Positions 1 to 9,549 of a DNA stretch of 64,000 nt are shown here, piece after piece (position 1 is the stretch's first letter; every line of letters begins with the position of its first letter). Made by a program: the position numbers and the translations under genes. The stretch covers positions 128,001-192,000 of the forward strand of contig OZ219920.1 of the NCBI GenBank assembly GCA_964291415.2. Reading direction: 5' to 3'. The stretch comes from Alphaproteobacteria bacterium. Its GTDB lineage: Bacteria; Pseudomonadota; Alphaproteobacteria; SP197. Under the pieces are notes generated by a model, which made no database searches, was not told the origin of the DNA, and saw only the letters and a program-made list of their open reading frames with translations.

Positions 1-409
1 TGATCGTCTGAGAGAGTGGATGGCGGTCGACAGGACCGTCTTCTACGACACCCGGCACATTGCCATCATGCCCATGGGCTTCTGCTATCCCGGCAGGGAC
101 AGGAATGGCGGCGACCGGCCACCGCGCCCGGAGTGCGCCCCCTTGTGGCATGAACGGGTCCTCGCCCACCTGCCGGCGGTTGAACTCACCCTGCTGGTTG
201 GACGCTACGCCCAGGCGCACTACCTGCCGCTGGAAGGGCGAACGTCCATGACCGAAATCGTGGCGTCATGGCGCGACCACCTGCCGTCATGTCTTCCCCT
301 GCCTCATCCTTCGTGGCGCAACACGGCGTGGCTGCGGCGCCATCCCTGGTTTGACAGGGACGTGCTTCCCGAACTCCGCCGGCGCACAGCCGAATTGACG
401 GGACTCTGA
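1..409 (+). CDS. Uracil-DNA glycosylase-like family protein, 5' part outside the window
   Basis: Motifs MGFCYPG, PPRPECAP and LPHPSWRN. The frame is open back to the window edge (DRLREWM...). Confidence 0.85.
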   Translation, partial: DRLREWMAVDRTVFYDTRHIAIMPMGFCYPGRDRNGGDRPPRPECAPLWHERVLAHLPAVELTLLVGRYAQAHYLPLEGRTSMTEIVASWRDHLPSCLPLPHPSWRNTAWLRRHPWFDRDVLPELRRRTAELTGL

Positions 410-652
410 CCCCCTTGCCGCGCCCTCAGGAGCTATGTTCAAGGGAGAAGGGGTGCTGAGCCCCGGTAATGTGTTCTTGTGCAAGAAGCTGTCGATGACG
501 ATGCGGTCCATCACGGTTCGGTCCTGGGAGTCGCTCCTGGGCCGGGTCTGGCATCGGGCCTCCCCCCTGGCGAATCTCGTCCGGAGTTCTTCATCGCAGA
601 GCGCCAAACCGGATTGCACCTCCGGCACCATGATCGATTCCTTGCTGGCCGC

Positions 653-985
653 CTATGCGAGGATTGCGGCGAGGCGGGCGAGCACGTCGTCCATGATCTG
701 CTCCGGAACAGCCTCAAGGCGTTTCCCCTTCCGGGCGGCAAGATCGAGGACTCGCGGCTGGTCGCAGCGGATCACGCCGACCGTTCGGGTGCCCGCCCCA
801 TCGAGCGAAACGGCGAAACCGCGCCGGCGCGCGAAGTTTCCACCGGTCGTGATCGGAAGGACTATCGGTGTCCGGGTCGCCTGGTTGAACGGTGCCGGAG
901 ATACGATGACAACCGGCCGGGTTCCCCGTTGTTCGTGACCGGCCTCAGGATCGAGGCTGACGAGCCAGATTTCGCCCCGCTGCAT
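653..985 (-). CDS. mazF: Type II toxin, PemK/MazF family endoribonuclease
   Basis: MQRGEIWLVSLDP..GHEQRGTRPVVIVS. The ATG at 985 overlaps the antitoxin stop (TAATG). Confidence 0.92.
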   Translation of the reverse strand: MQRGEIWLVSLDPEAGHEQRGTRPVVIVSPAPFNQATRTPIVLPITTGGNFARRRGFAVSLDGAGTRTVGVIRCDQPRVLDLAARKGKRLEAVPEQIMDDVLARLAAILA

Positions 986-1242
986 TACAACAGTTCGCGA
1001 CCCACGGGGGCGGAGTCGAGCCATGCGCGATCTTCGTCGTCGTCCGGGGCGCTGTCGTCGCACTGCGCGAGGAGTTCCTCAAGCGAGTAGCTTGGACGGA
1101 TCCTGGGCGCAACAACAAGGCGGCCATCCTCGACGCCGATATTCACCTTGGCGCCCACTCCGAGGTTCAGGACATCGAGCAGTGCCGGAGGCACGGCGAG
1201 CATGACTGAACCGCCGACCTTTCGCAGGTTTGTGGTGTGCAT
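985..1242 (-). CDS. mazE: AbrB/MazE (PemI-like) antitoxin
   Basis: MHTTNLRKVGGSVMLAVPP...YSLEELLAQCD...W. Directly upstream of the toxin. Confidence 0.92.
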   Translation of the reverse strand: MHTTNLRKVGGSVMLAVPPALLDVLNLGVGAKVNIGVEDGRLVVAPRIRPSYSLEELLAQCDDSAPDDDEDRAWLDSAPVGRELL

Positions 1243-1255
1243 CGATGTTTCCCAA

Positions 1256-1273
1256 GTTATACTTGAGTATAAC
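1256..1273. promoter_or_regulatory. Probable toxin-antitoxin autoregulatory operator (18-bp palindrome)
   Basis: GTTATACT-TG-AGTATAAC, perfect 8-bp arms, 13 bp upstream of the antitoxin ATG and AT-rich against a GC-rich background. Confidence 0.75.
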
Positions 1274-1397
1274 CTCGGTGACGTCACGTCGACAAGCGCC
1301 TTGCCGTCTCCGGTGACGTGAGCATCCGTGCGTCAGGCGGGAGTACCGCGTCCCCGCGGGGCACATAGCTCCATGCAACGCCCCCTTTATCGGGGTC

Positions 1398-2036
1398 TCA
1401 CGTCAGGAGTTTGCCCAGAGCGTAAAGTCCAAAGACAAGGATGATCAGGCCGGACCCGGCATTGAGCCAGGCGAGTCCCTTGCCGGTGAAACTGGACCGC
1501 ATCCGTGCACTGATTGTGGCGAGGGTGAGCCACCAGGCCAAAGCACCGACCAGGATGCCGGAGATCACCACCCAGGAGTCGATGAGGCCGTCGATTGCGT
1601 CCAGCACGTGGATGGCGGCGAACAGGGAGATAAAGGCGATGAAGGTAATCGGGTTGAAGAGAGTGACCGCAAAGGCGGTGGCGAAGGCATGCACCGGCGT
1701 CTCGCCGCCGGTTGCGGGCGCACAGGCGACCGTCGTGTGCGAAAGGAGGGTCCTGGACTTCCACATGGCATGACTGCCCAGAACCACCAGAATGACGCCG
1801 CCGAGGCCCTGGATGACCATGCGGTTCTCGGTGAGGAACGCTTCGACGGCACCGACCGAGAGGACGGCGAGAGCCCCGAACACGGTGTCGGCCAGCGTTG
1901 CTCCCAGTCCGGTGGCGTACCCGGTGGGCCTGCCGTGGAGCAGTGTCCTCTGGATGCACAGGACAGCAACCGGTCCGACGGGAGCGGCGACGAGGAACCC
2001 CACGATCACGCCGGTCGCAAGGAGCTGGATGTCCAT
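1398..2036 (-). CDS. LysE family translocator
   Basis: GFLVAAPVGP and TLFNP motifs; six hydrophobic segments. Confidence 0.88.
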   Translation of the reverse strand: MDIQLLATGVIVGFLVAAPVGPVAVLCIQRTLLHGRPTGYATGLGATLADTVFGALAVLSVGAVEAFLTENRMVIQGLGGVILVVLGSHAMWKSRTLLSHTTVACAPATGGETPVHAFATAFAVTLFNPITFIAFISLFAAIHVLDAIDGLIDSWVVISGILVGALAWWLTLATISARMRSSFTGKGLAWLNAGSGLIILVFGLYALGKLLT

Positions 2037-2042
2037 GATCGG

Positions 2043-3422
2043 TCAGGTAAAGGGCTTGACGTCGCGCAGCGACACGACGCGGAACCGCCAGGCGAGAAGG
2101 AGCGTGGCGAGTGCGATGCCTCCCACAATCCCCCACATGAGTCCCGGAACGCCCCATTCGAGGTGATGGCCGAGGAACCATGCCAGGGGAAGCATGACTC
2201 CCCAGAACGACATCAAGCCGAGCCAGGTGGCGGGCCAGACATCCGCGGCACCTCTGAGTGCCCCGACCAGCACGGCCTGCAGGCCATCAAAGGCGATGAG
2301 AAAGGCGGCCACGAAGAGGCCGGTGAGCATGATCGCGATGATCACGGGGTCTTCCGTGTAGATGGCCGCCAGGGATTCGGGCACGAGGGCGACGATGGCC
2401 GCCAGCGGCAGCATGAGAAGGAAGATCAGGCCGGTTCCCACCCATCCGGCCGTCGCCATGGCCTCCCTGTCACGCCGGCCTACGGCATTGCCGACGCGGA
2501 CCGCGGTGGCCGTCGACATGCCGATGGCCACCATGAAGCAGAAGGCGTTGACGTTCATGGCTGCCTGGAAGGCCGCCACCTGGGGCGCGCCGAGATGGCC
2601 GGCCATCATGGTGACAAACATGAAGGAGGAGGTCTCGAAGGCATAGGAGAGACCCATGGGTGCGCCGAGGCGCAGGAACCGCCGCTCCAGCTGGCCGAAA
2701 CGGCGCAGTGGCCGGAAGAGGCCGTAGGCATGCTTGTCGGTCATCGACAGGATGTAGATGAGAATGCAGCCCAACATCAGCCAGCGTGTGAGGCTCGTGG
2801 CCAGAACCGCACCGGATGCGCCGCCTGTCTCGAAACCGAGGTTGCCGTAGATCAGCACCCAGTTGAGGACGATGTTGGCGAAGTTGGCGATGATCATGAC
2901 GACCATGCCCGGCTTGGTGCGGCCGATTCCCTCGAGAAACATGGAGCACGAGGTGAAGAGGAATACGCCAGGCATGCCCCAGGCGTACATGGCCATGACC
3001 TCCCCGCCGCCCCGCGCCAGGTCCGCCTCCTGACCGAAGAGCCACAGGATGGCCTCCCCGTTGAAGAGGAAGACGGCCCAGATGAGTCCCAGGACTGCCC
3101 CGTTGACCATGGCCGTCCACAGGATGTTGCCGCAATCCTCGCGGCGTCCGGCACCGTCTGCCTGGGCCACCAGAATGACGCACCCGGCCAGCAGGCCGAA
3201 ACCGATCACCATCATGGTGATGTGTGGGGCAAAGCCGATGGCGAGATAGGCCAGTTCGTTGCCGCCGGCGCGTCCCGTCATGATGGTGTCCACCGTCATC
3301 ATGAGCAGCATGCCGCAGCGCATGATGATCACCGGCACCCCGAGTTTCAGGGTGCGGACGACATGGTCGGCGATGCTCTGTGGCGGTGGTCCCAGCGACA
3401 CCCGGGAAGAAGATGATGCCAT
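2043..3422 (-). CDS. MATE family efflux transporter
   Basis: VDTIMTGR, FLEGIGRTKP, VRVGNAVG and GALRGAAD motifs; about 12 TM segments. Start re-picked at MASSS. Confidence 0.9.
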   Translation of the reverse strand: MASSSSRVSLGPPPQSIADHVVRTLKLGVPVIIMRCGMLLMMTVDTIMTGRAGGNELAYLAIGFAPHITMMVIGFGLLAGCVILVAQADGAGRREDCGNILWTAMVNGAVLGLIWAVFLFNGEAILWLFGQEADLARGGGEVMAMYAWGMPGVFLFTSCSMFLEGIGRTKPGMVVMIIANFANIVLNWVLIYGNLGFETGGASGAVLATSLTRWLMLGCILIYILSMTDKHAYGLFRPLRRFGQLERRFLRLGAPMGLSYAFETSSFMFVTMMAGHLGAPQVAAFQAAMNVNAFCFMVAIGMSTATAVRVGNAVGRRDREAMATAGWVGTGLIFLLMLPLAAIVALVPESLAAIYTEDPVIIAIMLTGLFVAAFLIAFDGLQAVLVGALRGAADVWPATWLGLMSFWGVMLPLAWFLGHHLEWGVPGLMWGIVGGIALATLLLAWRFRVVSLRDVKPFT

Positions 3423-3706
3423 GAATGACGTTCCGACGACGATGCCCGACGATGATACGCGGAGCATGCGCCGGCGTGGTGATGAACGGCAGTCCGGCGC
3501 GGCGCCGTCCCCGTCACAAGATGGTGCAGCCGTCTCCGACTGTCAAAGAACCGCCGGTGTCCGCAGGGACAGGGACTGACTGTCCAGCGAGGTCCCTATC
3601 CTCCACGTCCTTTTGGCTGAGCGGAACGGATCACCGGCGACTGTGTGGCACGGGCAGGGCAGGGGCCATAGACTCTCTCCTGCAGCCGACCAACTTCGGA
3701 GATGTC

Positions 3707-4732
3707 ATGTCCGTCTACGCAACCGGTATCACGACCGACGTCGACCTTGCACGTCCCGGCAAGCGGACGGGGCGCCTTCACCTGCCTCACTCTGTCACGC
3801 GATCGGCCTACGGCGTCATTCCGGTTCCCGTTGCCGTGATATCCGGTGGCGAGGGACCCACGGTCCTGATGATGGCCGGCAATCACGGTGACGAGTACGA
3901 AGGACAGATCGCGCTTGGCAACCTGATCCGGACGATGGATGCGGAGGATGTCAGGGGACGCCTCATCGTTCTTCCGTCAGTCAACCTGCCGGCCGCACGC
4001 AGCGGGGTCAGGGTCTCGCCCCTCGATGGCGGCAACCTCAACAGGACCTTTCCGCCCCGGCCCGAATTGGGACCCACCCACGAGATCGCGGCCTATCTCG
4101 AGGATGTCCTGATGCCGATGGCGGACGTGTTCGTGGACCTCCATTCAGGAGGAGCATCGCTTTCGTACCTTCCTTTCGTCGCCACCTCCCTCGGCGGTGA
4201 CGTGGAGAGGGACCGGCGGGCGTTGCGGTTGATGCGCGCCTTCGGTGGGCCCTATGGCCAGATCTGGCATGCCGGGGAGGGATCGCGGACTGCATCGGGC
4301 GCCGCTGTCCGTCACGGGTGCATCGACATCGGCGGCGAGTTCGGAGGATCGGGAGTGGTCGATCCGGATCACCTGCGTCTGGTGGAGTGCGGCATCCGCA
4401 ACCTGCTCGCCGAGATCGGAGTTCTTTCTTCTCACGATGGAGGAACCACGCCTGACATGCGGTTGATGACGAGCGATCCACCGGACCTCTATGCCTTTGC
4501 ACCCGATTACGGCGTGTTCGTTCCCGAGGTGCGGCTGGGGGATGAGGTCGACGCAGGCGCCCCTGTCGGCAGCATCCACAACCTCGAGCATCCGGAACGC
4601 GAACCACAGCAGGTCCGGTTCCGGGCGCCTGGCCTGGTCATCTGCCTGCGGGCCATCGGCCGGGTCGAACCGGGAGACTGCCTTGCCCACCAGGCCATCG
4701 ACATCGAACTGCCGGAATCCCTGGTGAAGTGA
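3707..4732 (+). CDS. Succinylglutamate desuccinylase/aspartoacylase family deacylase (DoeB-like)
   Basis: Zn-binding motifs AGNHGDEYEG, NLNRTFP and DLHSGG. Confidence 0.88.
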   Translation: MSVYATGITTDVDLARPGKRTGRLHLPHSVTRSAYGVIPVPVAVISGGEGPTVLMMAGNHGDEYEGQIALGNLIRTMDAEDVRGRLIVLPSVNLPAARSGVRVSPLDGGNLNRTFPPRPELGPTHEIAAYLEDVLMPMADVFVDLHSGGASLSYLPFVATSLGGDVERDRRALRLMRAFGGPYGQIWHAGEGSRTASGAAVRHGCIDIGGEFGGSGVVDPDHLRLVECGIRNLLAEIGVLSSHDGGTTPDMRLMTSDPPDLYAFAPDYGVFVPEVRLGDEVDAGAPVGSIHNLEHPEREPQQVRFRAPGLVICLRAIGRVEPGDCLAHQAIDIELPESLVK

Positions 4733-4780
4733 ACCGGCTTCGGGTTGACTGTCGTCCCCAGAGTTACCGGAGGAAGGAAC

Positions 4781-5563
4781 GTGCGGGAGAACGCGATCCG
4801 CCGCATGTGGGGTGAAGGACGTACGGTGGTCAACGGCTGGCTGGCGACGCCCTGTGCCGCCGCCGCCGAAGGAATGGCGCACCAGGGCTGGGACAGCATC
4901 ACCCTCGATTTGCAGCACGGACTGATCGACTACCCGTCAGCCGTTCACCAGCTGCGGGCGATTTCCACCACGGCGGTCGTTCCCCTGGCGCGGGTTCCAT
5001 GGAACGAACCCGGCATCATCATGAAACTGCTCGATGCCGGAGCCTACGGCATCATCTGCCCGATGATCGACGATGGCGAGCAGGCGAGCGCCTTCGTCGG
5101 CGCCTGCCGCTATGCCCCGTCAGGCTACCGCAGCGTCGGTCCTCTGCGTGCTGCTCTCTATGGCGGCGCCGACTACGTGCGCCACGCCAACGACACGGTG
5201 CTCGCCATCGCCATGATCGAGACGAGGCGCGCCGTGGCCAACCTTGATGCCATCCTGGCGACTCCCGAACTCGACGGAATCTACGTCGGTCCGTCGGATC
5301 TGTCGGTCAGCATGGGTCACGCCGCGGGTTTCGATCCGGACTCGTCCGACGTCCTGGCGGCCATCGCGCGGATTGCCGAAGCGGCGGACAGGCACGCCGT
5401 TCCGGCCGGAATTCACGTTGGTTCGGTGGCCTATGGTCTCCGGATGATGGAACTGGGCTATCGATTCATCACCATCCTCAGCGAATACCGTCTGATGACC
5501 TGGGCTGCCGGCAACGCCGTCGCAGCCCTCAGGAACGGCCAACCGGACCCTTCAGCACCCTGA
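4781..5563 (+). CDS. HpcH/HpaI aldolase family protein
   Basis: DLQHG, LDAGAYGIICPM, MIET and YVGPSDL motifs. GTG start follows a GGAGG RBS. Confidence 0.9.
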   Translation: MRENAIRRMWGEGRTVVNGWLATPCAAAAEGMAHQGWDSITLDLQHGLIDYPSAVHQLRAISTTAVVPLARVPWNEPGIIMKLLDAGAYGIICPMIDDGEQASAFVGACRYAPSGYRSVGPLRAALYGGADYVRHANDTVLAIAMIETRRAVANLDAILATPELDGIYVGPSDLSVSMGHAAGFDPDSSDVLAAIARIAEAADRHAVPAGIHVGSVAYGLRMMELGYRFITILSEYRLMTWAAGNAVAALRNGQPDPSAP

Positions 5564-5622
5564 GATTCCGACCGGTCGCGATTGCCGAGCAGCCGGTTGA
5601 CCCTGGTCGAGCGGACGGCGGG

Positions 5623-7050
5623 TCAGGCACCGCGAGGCAGGTGCGGGTCATCGGGAAGCGCAGGCGGCGGAAGGGTCTCGTGCAGCAGATCGCCCAGACA
5701 CACCGGTCGTGCAGGCGGCCGGATCCTGGGCCAGTCGAGGTCCGCCGCCTTGATACCCTGGCGCGTCGCCACCAGGTCAGCCAGGGTGGCAAGGCAATAG
5801 CGCCCCTGGCAGCGGCCCATGGAGAGCCGGGTGGTGGACTTTTGCTGAGCCATGCCGGTTGCGCCGTCTGCGGCACTCGTCTCGAACTCGGAAAGGGTCA
5901 CGTTCTCGCAGCGGCAAAGGGGTGTCTCGGGTGTGATCAGCCCCAGGAATGTCTCCGGCGGCGCGAAGATGTCCGCCACGGCGGCGCGAAAACGGTCGAG
6001 GCGACCGAGACGCCGTGCCAGGTCGCGTCGGCGCCGCAGCAAGGACGCCGAGGGGGACCGTTGCAGCAGCGCCGCCGACACTGCCGTGCGGCCCTCCGCG
6101 AGAGCCAGCTCCATCCCGCCGACGGCCGCGCCGTCACCCACGGCGTAGAGACCCGGAACCGTGGTTTCCAGGTCTGCCGAGCGCCGGGGAGTCCATCCAC
6201 CGAGCAGGGGGTCGTGGTGATGGGCGCATCCGGCGAGACGGGTCAGTTCCACCGCTGGCGCAAGGCCGTTCCCCAGCACCAGGCAGTCTGCCTGCAGGGT
6301 CGTCACGGACGTCCGGCTTATGCTGCCGCGGTGATCAATGGAAGCGACCGATACCGCTTCGAGTGCCGATTCCCCGTGGGCCTCGATCACCGCTTGACCG
6401 GTGAGGAACGGGATCCCGGCGGCGGCCAGTCGCAGGCGCCATGAGAGTGCCTGCGCCAGGAGGGACGGGGACCGCGACAGGGACGCGAGACGTAACCAGG
6501 CTCTTCTCTGGAAAGGAGCCGCCTCGACCACGGCGCGAACCGTCGCACCGGCGTCGAGGAGAGTCGTGGCGGCGACCAGCAGCAAGGGCCCGTTGCCCGC
6601 GACCACCACGTGCTCGCCCGGTCTCACCCCCTGTCCCTTGATCATGTTCTGGCTGCCGCCGGCGGTGATGACACCGGGCAGGGTCCATCCCGGGAAGGGC
6701 AGGGGGCGATCGGTGGCGCCGGCTGCGATGATGATGGTGTCGGCCCGGACCCGGCCCGAATCGGCTCCAGCCGCGTAGGCGAGCACACCCGGATCGGGCA
6801 CATTCCAGACCACGCAGTCCGGCAGATAGTGGAGGCGAGGATGATCGATAACCTTGAACAGGCGCTCGGCCAGGCCACTACGGATTCGATGGGCGCGGTG
6901 GAACTGATGCGGGAGCTGGCGAAAGTACTGCCCACCCGGCTGGCTGTTGTCGTCCATCAATGTGACGGAAAGACCATGGTTCACCGCCTCGCTGGCGGCG
7001 GCCAGACCGGCGGGACCCGCGCCGACGATGGCCATGTCGGTGGACGTCAC
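5623..7050 (-). CDS. FAD/NAD(P)-binding oxidoreductase with C-terminal BFD-like Fe-S domain (HcnB/OoxA-like)
   Basis: GAGPAG, FPGWTLPGV, CRCE and MGRCQGRYC motifs. Confidence 0.88.
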   Translation of the reverse strand: MTSTDMAIVGAGPAGLAAASEAVNHGLSVTLMDDNSQPGGQYFRQLPHQFHRAHRIRSGLAERLFKVIDHPRLHYLPDCVVWNVPDPGVLAYAAGADSGRVRADTIIIAAGATDRPLPFPGWTLPGVITAGGSQNMIKGQGVRPGEHVVVAGNGPLLLVAATTLLDAGATVRAVVEAAPFQRRAWLRLASLSRSPSLLAQALSWRLRLAAAGIPFLTGQAVIEAHGESALEAVSVASIDHRGSISRTSVTTLQADCLVLGNGLAPAVELTRLAGCAHHHDPLLGGWTPRRSADLETTVPGLYAVGDGAAVGGMELALAEGRTAVSAALLQRSPSASLLRRRRDLARRLGRLDRFRAAVADIFAPPETFLGLITPETPLCRCENVTLSEFETSAADGATGMAQQKSTTRLSMGRCQGRYCLATLADLVATRQGIKAADLDWPRIRPPARPVCLGDLLHETLPPPALPDDPHLPRGA

Positions 7051-7322
7051 GATTGCGGCCCCCCATCAAGCCGGGTGTCGACGGTCATGCCGGGCGTGGC
7101 GGGAGTCATGCAGGCCCGCACGCCTGCCTTGCCATTGACCACGACGGTGCACTCCCGGCAGACGCCCATTCCGCAGAAGTAGGCGGGCCTCAGGGCCGCT
7201 GCCAGGAGCGCCGCAGCGATGCTCTCCCCGGGCCAGGCCGGTACCGGCACGCCGTCGGCGAGGAAGGTAAACTGCTCTTCCTCGACCCTGCCGGCCGGCA
7301 ACCTTCGCGTACCGGCCGTCAT
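7047..7322 (-). CDS. (2Fe-2S)-binding subunit (HcnA-like)
   Basis: FCGMGVCREC...RAC. Overlaps both neighbours by 4 bp. Confidence 0.85.
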   Translation of the reverse strand: MTAGTRRLPAGRVEEEQFTFLADGVPVPAWPGESIAAALLAAALRPAYFCGMGVCRECTVVVNGKAGVRACMTPATPGMTVDTRLDGGPQS

Positions 7323-8455
7323 GACAGAAGACGGGCTGGATCGAAGGGTTCGACGGGTACGGACGCAGTGCCCTTGGTGACCAGTTCCGCCATCATCGTC
7401 CCCAGCGCCGGGCCCAGAGAGTATCCGCCACGGGCACCGGTCGCGATGAGCGCGTCGCGGTGACCGGGGAGCCTGCCAAACACCGGCAAGGCGTCGGGGG
7501 CGACACTTTCGAACCCCGACCAGCAGCGCTGGATGGCGAGGTTTCGCAATGTCGGCACCACCCGCGCGGCAAACGTGAGGTTGTGCAGAAGTCGCACGTG
7601 ATCGATATCCTTGTCGCCGCTCTCCAGGCTGCCCCGCCCCTGCCAGCCGCCGCCGATCATGCAGGTGCCGTTGGCATACTGCTTGAGCGTCAGGACTCCG
7701 CCCATGTGGGTCACTACGCGGTCAAGGAGGGGTTGGGCGGGTTCGGTGATCGTCAGCATGTTGACGTCGACCATGAGCGGCAACTCGACGCCCAGCATGG
7801 CTGCGATCTGACCCGACCACGCGCCGGCGGCGATCACCAGGATGTCACAGCGGATGGCGCCTGCCGGGGTGGCGAGGCGACAGCCGTCATCGGAGTCGAT
7901 GGCCCTGACTTCGGCATGGCCGACAAGACGCGCTCCGGCGTCCGTTGCCGACTGCATCAGGCGGGGGCCAACGCAGAGTGGTATCGAATAGGCATCCCGG
8001 GGGCAGGCGGATGCCGCGAGCACCTCGCCGCCGAGCCATGGCGCATGGTCGGCCAGCGCACGGCCCTCCAGGAATTCGACATCGAATCCACGACGCCGTT
8101 GCAGCGCGACCGACGTTCGCAACATGTCCACCTCCCGGCTTGAAAGTGCCACGCGCAGTCCACCGGACTGCGTGACCTCCCAGTCGGAGAAGGCGGCCTC
8201 CTGTTGCCACAGGTCCAGCGACATCTCCATGAGTTCCATGACCTTCGGATGCTTGACCTGCAGGGACAGCGTGCCGGCGTTCGCGCCCGAGGCTTCGCCC
8301 CAGACGTCTCCGCGGTCCAGGACGACGACCTCGCGACCCGCGCGGGCGAGGTGGAGTGCGGAGCTGAGACCGGTGATTCCGGCTCCGATGACGACAACGT
8401 CACTACGCGCTGGAAGCTCCGTGGCGGCAGGCATCGGTGATCCCGTTCCGGTCAC
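7319..8455 (-). CDS. FAD-dependent oxidoreductase, DAO family (HcnC/OoxB-like)
   Basis: GAGITG, ASGANAG, AAGAWS and PDALPVFG motifs. Start uncertain (8434 is an alternative). Confidence 0.88.
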   Translation of the reverse strand: MTGTGSPMPAATELPARSDVVVIGAGITGLSSALHLARAGREVVVLDRGDVWGEASGANAGTLSLQVKHPKVMELMEMSLDLWQQEAAFSDWEVTQSGGLRVALSSREVDMLRTSVALQRRRGFDVEFLEGRALADHAPWLGGEVLAASACPRDAYSIPLCVGPRLMQSATDAGARLVGHAEVRAIDSDDGCRLATPAGAIRCDILVIAAGAWSGQIAAMLGVELPLMVDVNMLTITEPAQPLLDRVVTHMGGVLTLKQYANGTCMIGGGWQGRGSLESGDKDIDHVRLLHNLTFAARVVPTLRNLAIQRCWSGFESVAPDALPVFGRLPGHRDALIATGARGGYSLGPALGTMMAELVTKGTASVPVEPFDPARLLS

Positions 8456-8708
8456 TGTGTCCTTGAGGCAGTATACCAGCCGCTCTCCCGGGCGGCGCGT
8501 CGTCTCGCTCTCGCTGTCCTTGCCGAACGGGCGCGGTGCCGGCGCTCCGCGTCCCCCCGGTCCTCGAGACGAGCGTACGCTCCAGGTGGCGCAACCACCG
8601 CATCATGGTAAGCGCCAGGGCGCGAGAGGTTCGATCGGCAAGCCACCGGCGCTGGCAGTCCCCACCGCCAGCCGTCCCGTCCGGGAACGGGCCCCTTTCC
8701 CGTGCCGG

Positions 8709-9494
8709 TCAGTCGCGCTTGAGGGAGAATGCGCCCGCGATGTCGTCGCGCTCGAAGACGCCGCCGGCCTCCTCGTGGTTCGGTCCGTAGAACCGCCCGT
8801 CCAGCCCGTCGTCCGTGAAGCCGCCCGCCTGCATCGCCACGTCCTGCCAGCGGATGTCGCCGGCATCGGCCCCCGACAGCAGTTCGGCGATGTTCGTGAA
8901 CTCGAGATCAAGCGACGCTTCCGCGAAGTCGACGGCCATCGCCGCATCGCCGGCCACCTCCGCGCCCAGGCCCGTACGGCCGACCTTGACGCCTGTCATC
9001 GCGCCGCTCCACGAGGCGCTGCCGGACGTTGGATTGGAAGCACTGCCGTCGCCCAGCGATGTCGGCACGACGAACCGGATGTCGATGCCCTTGACGTTCG
9101 TGGTCCCCGCACCGGTCGTCGCCGCATTGTATTCGCCCCACACGCCGAAAGCGTCGAACCGGGACTCACCGTCGCTGGCTGTCAGCCGGCCCGTCTCCAC
9201 CCCGTTCCGGAGCTGCCGCTCGGTCACGGTCGCGGCGGACCCGGACGGGTCAATGTCGCGCAGGTCCACCGTGACGCTCTCGTTCAGGTACGTCACGGTG
9301 CACACCGAGCCGGAACAGGAGCTCTCCGCTCTGTAGAGCCGCTCCTGTGCGGCAAGAAGCACGTCGCCGATGACGATGGTGTCGAAACTCACCACATCCT
9401 GATCGTCCTGACCGGGCGAGCCGCTGCCTCCGCCTCCTCCGCAGGAGGCAAGGACGAAGGCGGCGGCGAGCATCGCCGGCGTGCGGAGGGTCAT
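8709..9494 (-). CDS. Lipoprotein with transferrin-binding-protein-like (TbpB) C-terminal beta-barrel
   Basis: Lipobox LAS-C followed by GGGGGSGS. C-terminal GSASWSGAM...GRFYGPNHEEAGGVF...GAF pattern. Confidence 0.8.
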   Translation of the reverse strand: MTLRTPAMLAAAFVLASCGGGGGSGSPGQDDQDVVSFDTIVIGDVLLAAQERLYRAESSCSGSVCTVTYLNESVTVDLRDIDPSGSAATVTERQLRNGVETGRLTASDGESRFDAFGVWGEYNAATTGAGTTNVKGIDIRFVVPTSLGDGSASNPTSGSASWSGAMTGVKVGRTGLGAEVAGDAAMAVDFAEASLDLEFTNIAELLSGADAGDIRWQDVAMQAGGFTDDGLDGRFYGPNHEEAGGVFERDDIAGAFSLKRD

Positions 9495-9549
9495 GGCCTG
9501 TACTCCCTTGTTGTCTGCAATCAGGCGCCCGTCCGGCTCACATGCGGCT

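Noticed and set aside
1608-3416. Long opposite-strand or off-frame ORFs (also 8124-9566, 17648-19528, 31416-32969, 42722-44437)
   Set aside because: Shadow ORFs of real genes in GC-rich DNA, with no recognisable motifs.
5623-8455. Hydrogen cyanide synthase
   Set aside because: The same three-subunit architecture is shared with opine and D-amino-acid oxidases, so the substrate cannot be assigned by eye.
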